Under the pieces are notes generated by a model, which was not told where the DNA came from, made no database searches, and saw nothing but the letters and a program-made list of their open reading frames with translations. From the human T2T-CHM13v2.0 reference genome, Homo sapiens, in the NCBI RefSeq assembly GCF_009914755.1, contig NC_060926.1: a stretch of DNA of 64,000 nt; one strand, given 5' to 3'. The position numbers and the translations under genes are program-made. Position 1 is the first letter of the stretch, and each line of letters starts with the position of its first letter. Below are positions 39,206 through 53,810 of the stretch, piece by piece.

Positions 39206-41609
39206 GGGAAGCCAAGGAGAGTTCATTTCCCTTTCACCGACTGGGATAGCTTGGGAAGGTGGTGTGATTGTAGTGTATTTCAAGCCCCACACAGTGTGTG
39301 TTGAATCACAGGTGAATGTACTAGGCCGTTGTTGAACAGACCTTCAGTTGCTGAAAATGGAGTTCTCATAATTTCCACGTGGGTAACTTAAAAGAAGAAT
39401 GTTGTTAAAAGATTGTTACAAAACTTAAAACATTGTTCACTTAAATGAACAATCAAAATAGAAATGGCAATTCTGTTGGCAAAAAAGGTGAAAAGTCATT
39501 TTTTTAAAATTTGCAATATCTGCAAGCGTATGAGGTCTGTGTTCGCTTAGAGACCTTCAGCCCATCTCCAAACATAGACTGGGCCTTCTCTGCCCAACCC
39601 ATTGCTAAGCAAGGAAGGACAGTCTGCGTCCACAAGCAAACTCCAAGCTTTCTTCAGGCTAGAGACCAACTCATGGGCTGGAGTAGGCATGGAAAGATTT
39701 TGTGAATGAAAAATATATGAACTGGACCTTCAAAGCAGAATGGGAAGTATGACACACACTTGAGGCAATAAAACAATGATACGAATGAAAGCACAGAGCC
39801 TGTTGCTTTTTAAAGCAAATGCTATGAGAACTACTGCGTGTTATTTATGAGTATAGGCAAATCATATAGATTTACCAGAAGGCTGATAAATGGAAATGCT
39901 CCAGTGAAGCCTAAATACTGCTCTCACATGTATGTTAGAGTAGTTTTCTTAAAATTGGTCTTCAGAGGAATTTTACATTCTGCTGTCATATGTGCTCAGA
40001 TAATCATAGAATTTGAGAGCTGAAAATATGTATATTGAATTTCAGTCTTAAATCTTGTCAGCTATTGTATGGCCTTAATGATATTGGCCTGTATGATCAT
40101 CCATAGAGGAACAATAAATCTCTGTATTGAGCTTTCTAAGTGATTTAATAATTTGACAAAAATGGAAATAGATAGGGGCTTATTTTTTATTCTCCTTTAA
40201 TTTGCATAAAACTCTCTGCAATATAGGTATTTGATATCTCTATTTTACTGATAGGGAAACAGTCTCAGAGCAATCCAGTGATCAGCTAGAGGCAGTAGAT
40301 CCTGGACAGAGCTAGAATTTGCCCCCAGGCCTGAGTGCCTCCAGAGGCCGGTTTCTCCCCATTATACTAGGCAGCATTTACACTTGACTTTACCCTTGTG
40401 GGACCATGAACCGTATCGTGAACCATTTAATGTAGTTTTTCATTTTGCAATTAAAACACTATTTAACATACATAATTTTTCAGTTTCCAGGGAATATGAA
40501 ATTATGCACATATATATCTTTATATATGTACATTTCCTTCTGCTCCAAGTGGTAATAGTGGCAATTTATGGAGCAAGTGACACGCTGTAACTTTGTTATA
40601 TATTCAGAATGCAGAAATTTTTTATTAGTATTGCTTTTATAAGCTTGTCAGCTTCCAGAGAGTTCTTTGAATAATCTGTTCTGGATTTTGTGACTATGCA
40701 AAAGTCAGCATGATATTCTTTGCCATAGCATGCAGTTTATTGTTCGTTTTTAAATGCCCTCCTGTTTCAAAATGATAGATATCTACAAACATGTTCTTTA
40801 CTTGGGTAATATATTTCTAGATGTGGATTCAAGAATAAAGTTGAGTGAGTGGGGGCTTTATAAACAATGGTCAGCGACATGAAACCCTAGGACAGAAGTA
40901 AAAAGACAGGACAGATGCATAGTAACAATTCTGCATCGTGCAGCTCTCCCAGTTGAAAGATAACCATGTGGGTGCTGAAGGCAGTTGAGATTATAGGGAA
41001 TACTGTCTCCTAAACAGAGTTCTAGGGACAATTTTACAATCTGGCACACAGTGCTTAAGCAATGAATTCATTCAATAAAATATATGTATGTCTGTGTATA
41101 TGCACATATACACATATCCAAACACACATATACAGAGACATTTCTCAAGTGAGAAACACATCTGTATGAAAACTTTATTTTTACGATCATTTTTCTATGT
41201 CAGCTGAGGCTAAACGAAGTCAAAAAGTGCTAGCCATCACCTTACACACCGAGTGACCCTGAATGCTAAATTTCCTCAACTGAATGCCATGTATTAGAGT
41301 GCATTTGTGGCATGATACACTCCTCCACTCAACCAATGTCGAGTAATGGACTGTTAGCCAGCTGCAGGACATTTCAGCCTCCATTTCTCTTAAGAGAGCT
41401 TTGATTGGTTATTAAAAGAAATGAGTTCAATAAAGAGAGCAGCTCTCCTGCAGAACTTCTGTCCACCTATATCTTTCTCTCAAGTATAAAGACACTCCTC
41501 TCCCATGGAAAAGAAAAACAAATCTTTCATTTATATACCTGATAGCAGAAGGGTCTGTATAGAATTACCTTTCCATGTTATGTCCTTGGCTTTTTTAAAG
41601 AAATGGTCA

Positions 41610-41957
<348 letters not shown>

Positions 41958-42406
41958 TCATATGTTGCTTGGTGCCCCCTATATTGTAGCTGGTATGACT
42001 CATTAATTAGAGAATTAAGTATCAGGAAGAGTTATCTTTTCTCAAATAATGAGAATCAGTGCGTCCCATGTCTCCCCTGGCTTCTAGGAAGTACAGAGCA
42101 AAGGGAAATGCACAGCTGAGTGCTTCGTTCATGGAAGGGGTTAGGATCTTTGCTATCCTCTCATCCAGTATGGGTTTTATTCAGTATTTTAAGAGCTTTA
42201 ATGCATACATGACTTGGCATAAGCCTCCTAAAAATCATTTATGGAAACAAACAGGGTAAAAATTATTTCACCTGTGTGAAGGAGACTCTCAAATGTGATC
42301 AACGCACTTATTAGGTTCCTACCATTTGTCCAAATAGTTGGATAAGACATGGCAAACCAATCTTGATTCTTTTTAAAGGGAGTTTCTAATTCCTAAACAT
42401 CTAAGC

Positions 42407-42718
42407 TTTTCTTTTTTTTTTTTTCTTTTCTTTTTTGTGAGACAGAGTCTCGCTCTGTCACCCAGGCTAGAGTGCAGTGGCATGACCTCGGCTCACTGCA
42501 ATCCCCGCCTCCTAGGTTCAAGTGATTCTCCTGCCTCAGCCTCCTGAGTAGCTGGGATTACAGGCACGTGCCACCAGCCGAGCTAATTTTTGTATTTTTT
42601 AAGTAAAGACAGGGTTTCACCATGTTGGTCAGGCTGGTCTCGAACTCTTGATCTCATGATCTGCCCACCTTGGCCTCCCAAAGTGCTGGGATTACAGGCA
42701 TGAGCCACCGCGCCTCAC
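42407..42718 (-). mobile_element. AluS (Sg/Sx-like)
   Basis: Poly(T) followed by a full antisense dimer ending gagccaccgcgcc. Confidence 0.95.
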
Positions 42719-45700
42719 TGCTTTTAAATTTTTTCTATGTGGAGCTCTTACCATGTTACCTTTCTGGTGTCATGAAAGCCTTCTCCAGAAAGGTATAAAA
42801 TCCTGTCTTTGACAGAAATGTAGTTGAAGAGCTGTTACCTTAGAAGAGTCTTTTAGGTTTTTCTTAAAATTTGAATCACATTTAAAAAGATGTCTTTAAA
42901 ATTGATTAGACTGTTTCTCCACCCAAATTATACACTTATGGGCCATGTATTAATTCATGATTAGATTGAAAATTGATTTGCATAATGAAATTATTTTAAC
43001 ATCAGTGCTGCTTTAGACATTCTCTTTGATCAGGTTGCATGTAGTAGAAAAAGCTTCTGTCTTTGGCATTGCAAAATATACAGCTTTATACTTAAAAAAT
43101 GAGTTACTTATTTCTGATGAGTTTTTGATCCTATGCTTGATGAGATTTTTTGTAAGTTTAGATTATTTAAAGCAGTACAGCAGGAATCTGAAATGTGATG
43201 GGACTGCTGTATTACATTTATGACTCTTTATGGAATAACTAGAATTCTTCATTAATCTCTTTCCATAAAAATTACAGAATATTAGAAGTGGAAGGGACCT
43301 TGGCAGTCATTCATTCCAACTTTCCCTTGGTTGCAATAGAGAGAATTTCTAAATCTTAAGAAATCAGTGCACAGAACTCAATCCTGTTGACCAGATTTAC
43401 TCCAGCCAGTATGCGATGAAGCTGAACATTTATGCCACTTGATCTGATCTCTATTCTGCTGCTAATGATGTCTAAAGCAAGGGTGAAGGAGGGAGAAATG
43501 CGGGAAGCAGGCACCTAAGATTTCTTGAACCCCATCTAAGTAAAATGTATTTTACTTATGTAATTGTGCTCAATCCACACCACAACTTAGAAGTTTCCTG
43601 TGTGACTCTAAGACTCACTTTTCTTACTGGCAAATGGGCACAGTATTTCTTAACTCTGTGGTCACCTGATTGGTAAATGTAGAACCAGAATTTTCTTCTA
43701 GGTATTTCTGAACCTAAAGCTCATTGTTATTCCTCCTCTCAAAGATGATTGTATTAATTCTTGTCAGTCACATCTTACCAGTGGCTCATATTGACTTTTG
43801 GTCCCAATAATTTTTGAGCGCACAAGGACGGTGTGCTCAGTACAGTACCTGGTACAAATGCATGACTTATAATTGCACTACTTTCAAGGTTTGGACAAGC
43901 TATAGTGAAGGCTGAGGCTGAATCATGATTTTATTTTTTCCTATTGAATGTTGTTATCCAAGAGTAAAGTCTGTTGTGCTCTATAGAGATCTAATCGTCA
44001 GATCAAGATGATGGGGTTGATTGTAAGCTCAACTTCTCTCTCCTATTCTGCTTCAGGCACATAGAATGCTAGCTTAAATATATTAAAATTAAAATAATTC
44101 ATATTTAAACTTGTGGGGGAAAACAACACTCCATGTACCAGAAATAGAGAACCTATTGGCAAAGAGAAATTGAAGCCGTAGGAACTGGGTTCCCAACGCC
44201 CAGGGAAGGTTAGGAACTGAAGCCTCAGTTCCCTTGCAAGGAAGGGAGTGAGCACCTGGTCTTGACTAAGCCCCACCTGTGTTCTTCCTAAATTTAATGG
44301 GAACCAAAATATCTCCAGTTGCCAACCTGGCCTAACAGCCAGAAGCAAGTAAATGGTAAACTTTTCTGGCCAATTTCCCTTTGGAGGAGGAGTCTTTTTG
44401 TCTGTTCCATTCTTTCTGAGTAAAACTTCTGCTCTCATTTTGAATTTCCACTTTGCCTTCTATTCTTTTTACAAGGGAAGCCAGGCCTGTTAAAGATGTC
44501 ATTAAAGTGTCTTACTGTGAGATAAGTGGTGCTTGCAGGAAGGTGTGAATGTGAGTGTTGATAGGCATGTTGGACTTAGTAGAGCTGTTCCCCTTACATT
44601 ATGTATTTCATTTATTTTATTGGCAGCTGAAGTTGGCCTTGTGCTTGCTGACTCATTTTTAGCAATTGTGCAAGAAATGGCAGCATTTGCCACCTTTGTT
44701 TAGTCTCTTCTTTTTCAAATCACCTTTCATCATTTCTTTATCATCTTTGGACACCCTGCCAATTCTTTACTGCCCACAACTTTTGTCTTGCTTACTAGCT
44801 AAGGCACTCTTTATAGGTCATAGCTAATGAGGTTGGCTCTATTCCATAAAGTATCTACTGAGTATCTAGCATGCACTGAGCATGGCCTGGGGAATATAAC
44901 AAAAAAAAAATGTGGGTCATTTTCCTACCTCAAAAGAGTTTATGATGTCAAAGATGTGCTGCTTCCTGAAGACCCCGTCAACTTTCTGTCTTTTCCCTGG
45001 AAGTGTAAAATGCCACACGTTGGATGAGATGATTATCCGAGCTCAGACTTGGGAAATAGTCATGCTTCTGGACCAAGTGCCAGGTAAGTCCTTGATTCTG
45101 GTCAGTAATAGGCCAAAGTCTCAGGTGGGGTTTCCTAAATTTACAAATCTGGCTACCTGCCATTCTCTGGAAGCCTGAGAGTTGCCCATCCCTTCTGTAT
45201 CCCTATAAATATGCCTTGCAGAAATCCCTTCCTTCTGGCAAAGAAGCACTCTGCATTCTGGAGCAAGTATTAATGTATCTTCCGAAGGGAGGACTCATAA
45301 AACACAGGAAAAATCAGTACCATAGGTGAGGGATTTCTGACCAGGCCTACTATGTAGGAAAGATGGATGAAGGTAATAAGCTCTGTGTTGGGAAAAATGT
45401 TTTGAGCTACGCTTGAAGTCACGATACCTAATATCTATGTGGAACTTTTTCCCTTAGTGTCAAAATATGAAAATGTCTAAGTCACAGGAAGCCAAATTAT
45501 TATAGCCATATTCTGAAACAGCAAGAAGTCGCTCTTAACCATTATGTGGGTCTCTACAATCGATTATGTGGATTCCTTTGAGATACTCCACCCAGAGGGA
45601 AAACATGTCTAGACACATAATTTTGCAAATAACCTGAAGACGCTCATAGGTCACCTGTCTTCACATATGAAGAAGTAACACTGCTCTATGTGATGGCTTA

Positions 45701-46649
45701 GGACAAAATAACCTGAATGGCTTAATCTCATCCATATAAAAGATTTCTCCCCCTCTGGAGCAAAATATAAGCTCTATTGTGACCTTGATCTGCCACAAAG
45801 ACTGCAATGAAAGCCTACTCAGCAAAGTCTCAGCAGATAATTTTTAGTTCAGAGTCTCTGTGAAATGATTCTAATGTAAAACAACTGTCAGCTACTATAG
45901 TTAGTCATTTACTTTTTCATTATCCTAATGTGTTTGAGTTGTGAAAAATAAAAGTCATGTTAACACAAACATACACACTGAAGAATAGATAGAGATAGAT
46001 ATAGGTGCTCAGGAAGAAGTGGTAGATGGTAATAGATTAGAAAACATGCTCTGGAAATAGAAGACATTTTTATTTAGTACTTTCCTCACTTGACAGGCAA
46101 AACTTTGGCAGTTTTGCAGAATTTTGATAGAATAAGTCTATGCTGTTTTAGTTAAAAATGGAAATGAAAATACATTTTGTCTATATGGAAGCAATTTTTG
46201 GTATACTTCTCGTTAGTTTTCAAGTTTAGCAGGCTAGGCTGTGCTATGTGGAAGTTTTTTGAGAGGATGCTATGTTCTGAGCAGTGTGCTGGGATCATTA
46301 CATATGTTGCTGCTAAACCACGGTTTCCTCACTTGTACAATGATAATGGCACTAGGGTTCCTACAGTGCTATTTTGAAGGATGGAAAAACCAGAAAGAAG
46401 CCTAATCCTTGTGCTTGTTTTCAATCAGTTGTTTTTAAGTTGTCTATCATTTATTCTTAGAGAGACCTTTGCAGTGTATCTGAATTCCATATTCCTCTAT
46501 GTTCACTATCATTTATATCCCTTTATTTCAGGAACTAGAGATAAGACTAGGAATCTGGGACCAATTACTTGACAGAGAAAAAGCATTCTTGGCATTTTTC
46601 ACAATTAGATGGTCTAAATTCAAAAATTTCTTGATTTTGCTGGACTCAA

Positions 46650-47114
46650 AATTCTTGCTATGGCCTGTAAGCATCTGTGTGATCTGGTCCCACCGACTCC
46701 CTGACTGTCCAGTCCCCTCCTTCGTGTTCCAGCCACACTGGCTGCTTTTTTTGAGTTCCCCCATGAGGCAAGCTTCTTCCCATCTTAGGACCTTGGTTAC
46801 TTTTCCCTTGATTCTTTGCTTGGCTGATTCTTTCCCATCATTTAATTTACCTGTTCGAATGTCAACTACTCAGAGAGACATACTGGGTCCTTGTCTGTGT
46901 AAAGTAGCACCTGCTATTCACCATCGTCTCACCTTATTGTGTTTCCTTCATGAAACTTATGACTATCTGAAATTATGTTTTGCCCGCATGTATTGCCTGT
47001 TTTCTCCCTCTAAAATGCAATTTGCATTAGAGTCAAGACCTTGTTGGGGAGTCAGCGATAACAATAACTTGTTATTTATTAGGTATCAATAACAACATGT
47101 TGAATGAATGAATG
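46650..47114 (+). mobile_element. L2 3' end
   Basis: tgatctggtccc..ccagccacactggc..., terminal tgttgaatgaatgaatg. Confidence 0.75.
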
Positions 47115-47189
47115 GGCTTTTGTCTCACACTGAGATTACATGAGGAAAACCAAACTTCTTACTTGTGATACCAAACTGGGGATTTGTTC

Positions 47190-47690
47190 ATAATAGTAAG
47201 TGCTTACTTAGTAAAAATTAGCAAAATTCCACACACGTAACTCATTTAAGTACTTTACAGGCATTAATTTAATTCCTACAACCCTATGAAATGGGTATTA
47301 TTACTCCCATTTTATAGATGCAAAAATTTTGGTACAGGGAAGTTAAGGAACTTGCACCAAATAGCAGTTTTGGATACAGGTATTTGAGCCAATGCTCTTT
47401 ACTATTGAGTAGAAAGTGCTCAATAAATAGAGCTTTAACCATGTGCTCAGCACATGCACTCAGCGCGTGCAAACTATGTGCTTAGCTTCCCTATGCACTG
47501 GGTCATTCAGTCCTCACTCCAAAACTATGAGGTAAGTACTATCCTATGCTTGTTCTAGAGATGAGGAAGCCAAGACTTGGAAACCTTCAGCAACTTGTCT
47601 AAGGTCCCATAGTTGCTTAGTAGTGAAAAAGAGATTTGAATGTAGATAACGTGACACTGAAACCTGTATCTTAGGCCTTCTCTCCATATT
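47190..47690 (-). mobile_element. Two tandem MIR copies
   Basis: attactcccattttatagatg..., and tagagatgaggaagccaagac..aacttgtctaaggtcccatag. Confidence 0.7.
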
Positions 47691-48574
47691 ATAAGAACAC
47701 TTGAATATTGCTACTGGAACATAGTCCTTCTGAGACTGTGAAAAAGGGATTAGTCTCCCCCACACAAAGGGTCTCCACTGGTATAAAGAAGGGTATAATA
47801 ATGACTATGGAATAGACCAACTCAGAGAAATGAATAGGAGAAGCAGAATCTGTATCAGTACAACCACTTGACTGTAAGGGATAATATTATTTGCTAACTG
47901 TCCATTTCTTCAGAAAGAGCATAAGAATGGAATTTAGAAATCCAATAACTGAAAGGTCAATCTTGGTTTCTAAAATGAACCAGGAAAGAATTATATATAT
48001 TTGTATATATCACTAGGTATGATTATGTACATGAGCTATAATGCAGTGTAGAAAGTTTAGCTATTGTTTTTTGAAACATACTCACAAAAGTGGTTGCTGT
48101 TTTATAACTCTGCTGTTGTTTTATAACTCTTAGTACTTTCTTAGCAGCTCAGTTCTATCAGTGGCAAACACCATCGATAGGGATGATAGGATGTTGTGGC
48201 TATGTATTGTCTAATAATTTAGTTCCATCCCCATGGGAAGGCCTTATTAGTGACACATGCAAAATCAGTATACCCACAATAAGAGAGGGAAGAAAATTCC
48301 TAGAATCTATGCATTATTGCTCTGGGTTCAAACAAAACGTGCATGTGAAGGATTATGCTTGTATATGCAGAGATCAAACCTTTTTCCTTTGAAATATTCC
48401 CTAAACCCATTGAAACCAGTTGATTCAGCAAGAAGGAGTTCAGCCAATATTATTGAACTCTAGTATTCCAGTATTTTCACAGAACTTTTATGATGAGTTC
48501 TTTTATGTACACAATCCTATGTGATCCTTTCTGAACCCACATTTGACGCTCACATTTACCTAAATATGTGGGCA

Positions 48575-48728
48575 GTGTAGGTATTATTAAGCCACATTAC
48601 AGATGAGGAAATTGAGGTTAATAGAGTTTCAAGAGCTTGCCCAAGGTCAGGCAGCTAATAAATAGCAGAGCCAGCACCTGAACCAAAGTCTTCGGGTTCC
48701 CGGTTACATACTTTTTCTGCTGCCCACA
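48575..48728 (-). mobile_element. MIR
   Basis: acagatgaggaaattgagg..cttgcccaaggtca..gcagagccag. Confidence 0.8.
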
Positions 48729-49630
48729 CCTCCTCCTTGTCAAAGGAAACCTGTCAGTGGTGACATTATAAATTTTCTTGCTACCAGTTCTGCCTCTGGG
48801 GAAGTAGAGCCAGGGGGCTTAAGATGTCATATCTTTTACTCAGTGCTATGTGCCTGTCTGTCATTTTGTTGGGATTTTCCCCTGCCTACTTGAAGTCTAT
48901 AAATGCGGTGAGTAGTATTTGTGGACCAGGACTAACATTATATGGTTGTCAGCTTTTCAGACAACTTTTATTCTGTTTCCTCTAGAGCCTCCTGGCAGCT
49001 TCTTGTGCCCAGGGTGACAGAAACAGGAGGGGCTGGCAGTTCACAACGACTCTTGTCTCTCTTCTCAATGTCGGTGTGCTCTAGGATCTGGCAGAGATTT
49101 TATTTCTCAGACTCCTTGTCCTTTCCCCTGCTGTCCTTCTCACTGCTCCCAGTTTTATTGTTTCTTCTAGGTTTTGAAAGAGTTGCAAAATTTATCAAAT
49201 GCAAATGTTGACTCAAGGAATGGAACTGACAGATAGGTGGTCCAGTGACTTTGGCTCAACATGCCTCAGAACCACGGTTGATTTGAGAAATCCAGTGATT
49301 CAGCACAGAGGAAACCAGCTAGCCGCAGTCACTGAGGGAATGGGGTGCAGCCAGGCCAGCTCTGCCTGCTTGTCCTTCCTGAACTCAAAAGGCCATCGAG
49401 TGTTCTGCTAAAGCCCACCTGGCTAGTGCAGAGGCCTGACCAGTAGAAGGAGGTCATTACTTACCTTTCATTTGATCAAAAACAATGCAATTTACTCGCA
49501 GGTCCTGGCCCTACACAACAGGTAGATGGTTGGATATATTTGGATAATGGAGCTTTCCAAACAGAAGCAAAACACAAACCCACTGATGTAAAATATAAAG
49601 AAACTGAACCAGTGTGTCTTTTCACCATAG

Positions 49631-49782
49631 ATATAAGAGTTCGGACCGCCCAGCACACAAGGTCAGCATGCTGCTCCTCTGTCACGCTCTCGCTATAGCT
49701 GTTGTCCAGATCGTTATCTTCTCAGAAAGCTGGGCATTTGCCAAGAACATCAACTTCTATAATGTGAGGCCTCCTCTCGACC
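49631..49782 (+). CDS. LYPD6B: LYPD6B coding exon with signal peptide: YKSSDRPAHKVSMLLLCHALAIAVVQIVIFSESWAFAKNINFYNVRPPLD(P)
   Basis: Acceptor ttttcaccatag, donor C|gtaagt, 152 nt open frame. In-frame ATG at 49668 is followed by a hydrophobic h-region. Not in the ORF track; read manually. Confidence 0.95.
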
Positions 49783-52691
49783 GTAAGTAGTGGTGGTTGC
49801 CATCCTAGTTCATGGCTGTGGGGCCAGAGTGTTAATATGAAGCCCCCTTTTCCATTTATTGTAACTTCGTCTTTCCCAGAACATTTGTTTTATCCCTAGA
49901 ATAAAACAGAAAGTCTCCATTACTTCTATGGGTAAGCATATGGTAAGTGAAATTTTCTCCATTTCCTTAAAATGGTCTGGCTTCCTGCTGAAGTTTTAAA
50001 AGCATTCTTGTTTTAAAAAAAACTTTTGGAGCACTGTTCCTAATCATGGCATAGTAGAGGAAATTCATTGTTCTTTGTCTGTCTTCCCTGGAGAAGGAAA
50101 TTGGCTGTTGCATGTTTCTGCATAAATGATCTATTAATTCTTTCAAATGGCCATTAACAATTTTGAAAACAGATTTGTATGTTTGAAATTTGGAGGGAAA
50201 TATCACCTGGATTTTCATTACTACCGCGCGTAATCACCATTAGCAAAGGTTACATAAGACTCAACTTTTCCACTAATAGTTTAAAGATAGGCAAATATTA
50301 GTAACACATACAGGATATATATGTTAATACATTTTACATACATATGTCTAGATATGTGTTTGTATACATATGTCATTAACCCTCCTTTCTTTTCAGACAA
50401 GTAAAACGTCTTTGATATACTTTATTAGAGAGTGATTCTTATAAATAAAAAATTATTTGGTATACATGTGGGTACCTGTAGTTCCCACGCCTGGAAGAGT
50501 ATCAGAATCATGATGAAAGGATTTTTAACTGCATATCCCTAATCACTTCTCCAGAGATTTAACAGTCAAGAGGGTGAGATGCAGAATATATTTATATCTT
50601 TTTTCTCTGCTTTTCTTTTTTAAGAAGCTCTTCTGATACGGTTGATACATGGTCAGGTGTGAGAACCCCCTCTTCTTATACTACTCATAAATGAGATCTG
50701 TATCATTACTGTTCTTTACTTTGTGCTTTATTATTTGGGACAGTCATCTCTGTGTGTGTGTGCATATATACACATGTATACTATAGACATGTACATATAC
50801 TTACATATACTACACATACACACCTTGAACTACCATTATACATTTCTAAATTGGTAATAATTGTATACTGATAGCTGAAAGACATGGCACAGACATCATT
50901 TTCATAGACCCTAACTTCTCTGCAAATTTTGAAATTTTTAAGCTTAGTACAATTTTATGATGAGAAAAAAATCATTTTAAAAAAGACAAAAAAGTAATTC
51001 ATGTTCATTATAGAAAATTCCAAAGAGACGGAAAACATATAGAAGAAAATAAAATTCATTCATAACCTCAAGATTCAAAGGAGCTTTTCTTTTGGAATAT
51101 TTCCTTCCAGTATTTTTTCTATGTATGTGTATTTACATATGTGATATACTGAGATCGTACAAATGTAGTTTACACAGTTTTTCCCTCTTTATACATATTT
51201 TGAATATTTTCCAATGTCTTTGAAGATAGTTTAATGTCTTCTACATTTAAAAAAATCATAAGGCTGGTCTGTAGCTTATTTCACTATTCCCCCACACTTT
51301 ATATCAGAAAGAAAAAGAAATCACAAGCAAACTAAATGTTAAATAATTCTTCATTGAAAATCGTTTTAAATTCACTATTTCTTCAATTGGCTAATGACCT
51401 TAGAATAGATTTCCTGGAATTGGAATTACTAAATCAAAAAGGTTGTGCCAATTTATACTTTAACCATTTACCTACCAGCATTGACTGTAAGTATTTTTTA
51501 ACTGTACTGATTTAATTGGTTAAAATGGATGTCATTATTTATTTTCCTGCTGATACACTTTTGAACATAGGCAAAACTGAAATATATTCTCAGTATTTAA
51601 CTTCTTGTCCTCCAAACTTTAGCTTTTGATATTTTGTTCTTGTTTTGTGCTACCATACATATCCTCCCCTTTATCTGAAATGCCCACTGCTTTCTGGTTT
51701 TCACCCCATCTTCTAGTTATATTACTAAGATGGTTACTGTGTTACTAATAGAATGAAGAGAATGAAACAGTGTCTTTGTCTTAGGAAAATGGGAGAATTG
51801 AAAGTTTTACACAGGGTCCTATACCTGGTCTACACAGAAATGTCAAATTATTTTATTTTTTTCTTCTTGTCCGCTAAAATTACAAGATACAAGGCCAAAA
51901 GAAAAAAAAAAGGCATAAAGACAAGTTGCTCTCAGTCCAGACTACCAGCAACTCAGAAATTCTTCTTTCCATAACAAACTGGCCTAATTATAAGGGCTTA
52001 AGAATTACTATCATCCTCATATTAAATGTTATATTCCTGGCCAAGGTCTAATGTTGTGATAATTGACATATATCAGATGAGATTACATGTTTGAGGTTAA
52101 ATGTAGCTGTACTGGAAGTGCATATGGACAGAAACCAGCATGATTTGACGTGCTAGAGACTACAAGGTATTTTCTTGCAACTTCCCATTTAATCCTCATT
52201 ATACCTCTGCAAGTCATGGGGATCTTCATTATTAATATAAATATTATTATATCTTAGAATTTTAAAAAATCACACAACTAATCTGTGGGGAGAACAGAAT
52301 TCAAACTCAGGTTAATCTGACTCCAGTTCTTTTCAGGGATGACACGTGTGTTCCAATACCTCTACTGCCCTCATCTACCCCCTCAACCCCTACTTATTCC
52401 CAAATTATAAATGATAATAGAACAATACTATGCATCTTTCAAAGTAGCTGTGGGACCACTTTCATCACTCTATAGTGGCAATTCTTAGAAGACATATTTA
52501 AACAAAAGGGAATAAAGAAAATTCCCCAAAAGCCTGATGAGTAAATCTAGCTCTCTAGAAACAGTAATTGTAAGGATGAAAGCTTATAAGTTTTGTTTCA
52601 TCTGTTAAAGTTGCTCATTTTGTACCATGTTTGATGTTCGAAATTTTTGTCTTCTGTAGCTTACTGTTTCACTTTGCTTTTTTCTTTAAAG

Positions 52692-52790
52692 CTACACCAT
52701 TTCCAAATAGCTTCAAGTGCTTTACTTGTGAAAACGCAGGGGATAATTATAACTGCAATCGATGGGCAGAAGACAAATGGTGTCCACAAA
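52692..52790 (+). CDS. LYPD6B: LYPD6B coding exon, start of LU/three-finger domain: [32 protein letters not shown](N)
   Basis: Acceptor tttttctttaaag, donor A|gtaagt, 99 nt phase 1-1. Has the CxxC motif typical of the LU domain start and lies within ORF 52631..52822. Confidence 0.97.
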
Positions 52791-53269
52791 GTAAGTGTGC
52801 TGAGTTTGGAAGACTTCTGTGATCTCATTTCATTTGAATCTCTCCTGACTTGATGATGTTCTTTAGGAATCAGATGTATTTTTTTCTGAGACTATCCGGA
52901 CATCAGACTATATTGAGAGTTCTTGGAAACTGGTGTCAAAGACTCTAACTGAAGTTGAGTACCTTAAGGAAGAATTTCTTAAATGTTATTTACCAGGGAG
53001 AACACATAGACCACAATATTAAGTCATTCTCAGAATTTCAGAAATACTTGATTATACCTCTAGAAAAGTCATACTTACCATCTCAACAAAGGATGATTTC
53101 TATACTCTTGAGATACATTGATATTTGGGAAACTCATTCATTCATTTAACAAACTTCCAAGTATCTTTTTAGTTTGTTTAGTTTACAGATATATCCCAGT
53201 GCCTAATCCAGTGCCTGGCCCATGTTTACTCAGTAAATATTTGCTGACAGAATGAATGGAAGCCTCTGA

Positions 53270-53810
53270 TTAGATAGTCAGGGAAATCTTCTCTGAGAAC
53301 TGTACCTTAGAACTACGACCTGAGTGACCATAGCAAGCTGCCACGTGGAGATCTGTGGGAAGAACATACTGGAAAGAGGGAATCGCAAATGCAGAGTTTT
53401 CAAGGGTGATAGTTGGCTTGGCCTCTTCAATGAACAGGAAGGAGACTGGCTGCAGAGGCTTAGTGGGAGATGGAGGAAGGATCCGAGAGGGAAGCAAGGG
53501 CCAGGATATGCAGGAGCTTCTTTTTTCTAATAATTTGGATTTTATTGTAAAGGTGGTGAGAAGGCGGTAGGGAGTTTTAAGCTAGGGAATACATAGCAGT
53601 TGTGTTCCAAAATATTGCTCTGGCTGCTGTGTGGAGAATGGAGGGTTGGGGACAAGAGTAGGAGGGAACGCCAAATGAGGACTCTCATCTTCAGACAGAA
53701 GATGAGAATTTGGACTAGGTTGGTAGGAGCAGAGGAGGTGGGGAGGTGAATGATTGAATGCATATGAACTTGGAAGTAAAGCAGACAGAATGTGCTGATG
53801 GATGAATTGA
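53270..53810 (-). mobile_element. L2 fragment
   Basis: ggagttttaagctaggga..tctggctgctgtgtggagaatgg..agacagaatgtgctgatggat. Confidence 0.7.

Noticed and set aside
46499-47092. Longest ORF in the track (197 aa)
   Set aside because: Mostly overlaps an L2 remnant, has no recognisable domain and shows no exon structure.
52631-52691. ORF-track N-terminus preceding the LU exon (likewise 57324-57372)
   Set aside because: Intronic polypyrimidine sequence read through in frame; the true boundaries are the AG acceptors.
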